DNA from: Ignavibacteria bacterium
GTDB lineage: Bacteria; Bacteroidota; Ignavibacteria; UBA10030; SZUA-254
NCBI GenBank assembly: GCA_031379665.1
Contig: JANNFI010000089.1
Span: 18,170-82,169, forward strand
Length of the DNA stretch: 64,000 nucleotides
Reading direction: 5' to 3'
Every line of letters starts with the position of its first letter. Position 1 is the stretch's first letter. The position numbers and the translations under genes are program-made. This document shows positions 63,704 through 64,000 of this stretch, in pieces. The notes beneath the pieces are model-generated. The model saw only the letters and a program-made list of their open reading frames with translations, was not told the DNA's origin and did not search any database.

Positions 63704-64000
63704 GTGAACATCGACGTACTCGACGGGAGCAACTACTTCAAGGGCCTGCTCCTCCTGGTCCGGAAAGACTTCTCGATCGACGGAAAGGAGGCGGCGCTGA
63801 TGAAATCGATCGGCCATTCGCTCGGCCTTGAGCCACGCTTCTGCGAAGAGGCGGTCCGGGACATCCTCGACAACCGCTACATCGACGACGCACCGCCGAA
63901 ATTCTCCACCGACGAACTGGCCAGGAAATTCCTCCGGGACGGATTGCGGCTCGCCACCGTCGACGGGGAGGTTCATCCTCTCGAGGAGGAATGGCTCATC
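63704..64000 (+). CDS. Hypothetical protein (5' part; continues beyond window)
   Basis: Open frame from the GTG at 63704 to the window end. No assignable domain. Confidence 0.35.
   Translation, partial: MNIDVLDGSNYFKGLLLLVRKDFSIDGKEAALMKSIGHSLGLEPRFCEEAVRDILDNRYIDDAPPKFSTDELARKFLRDGLRLATVDGEVHPLEEEWLI

Noticed and set aside
1-64000. tRNA, rRNA and tmRNA genes
   Set aside because: No cloverleaf-like GC-rich 70-90-nt segments with the TTCGAAT/TTCAAAT T-loop consensus were seen in any intergenic region. All gaps are short or AT-rich promoter-like.

Overview
This 64 kb window is GC-rich bacterial chromosome. Three proteins carry a Bacteroidota-type T9SS (Por) C-terminal sorting domain, so the organism is probably a member of the FCB superphylum; phylum is not resolved. 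The leftmost part (1-4023) encodes three consecutive SurA/parvulin-type periplasmic chaperones on the minus strand. Bases 5128-13070 hold a futalosine-pathway menaquinone cluster. It contains UbiA-like, UbiX and UbiD genes, an MqnE-type radical-SAM enzyme fused to an MqnA-like domain, a second MqnC/E paralog, and MqnD. A small nucleotidyltransferase pair is inserted between mqnC and mqnD. Directly abutting mqnD is the most striking feature, a co-directional and partly start/stop-overlapping respiratory locus (13149-20972, minus strand). It encodes 31 CxxCH haem sites in five genes. These are a 13-haem cytochrome c fused to a dihaem b-type membrane domain (CbcL-like), a 3-TM 7-haem cytochrome (ImcH-like), a Rieske protein, a cytochrome b and a tail-anchored 11-haem cytochrome. 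The locus is led by a USP gene carrying a duplicated 4-Cys module. Upstream of it lie a Crp/Fnr regulator and a 2Fe-2S-ferredoxin::class-III adenylate cyclase fusion, with an FNR-like TGAT-N4-ATCA box in the USP promoter. A clearly foreign AT-rich island (about 23932-26430) is bounded by an IS4-family transposase fragment and a 5'-truncated XRE-type HTH gene. It encodes SD-preceded genes for a thioredoxin-fold membrane protein, a 10-Cys secreted 73-aa peptide and a lipoprotein. Next comes a tandem duplication of a DUF1800/DUF1501 gene pair; the DUF1501 proteins combine a Tat-like signal with a T9SS C-terminal domain. The remainder is mostly housekeeping or envelope genes. One outer-membrane beta-barrel gene is interrupted at an A6 homopolymer, which may indicate phase variation. 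The other genes are CDF, CorA, NaChBac-like channel, TerC, Tag, a photolyase, a GH3 enzyme, BNR/Ycf48-like repeat proteins and a DCC::LMF fusion. No rRNA, tRNA or CRISPR array was found.
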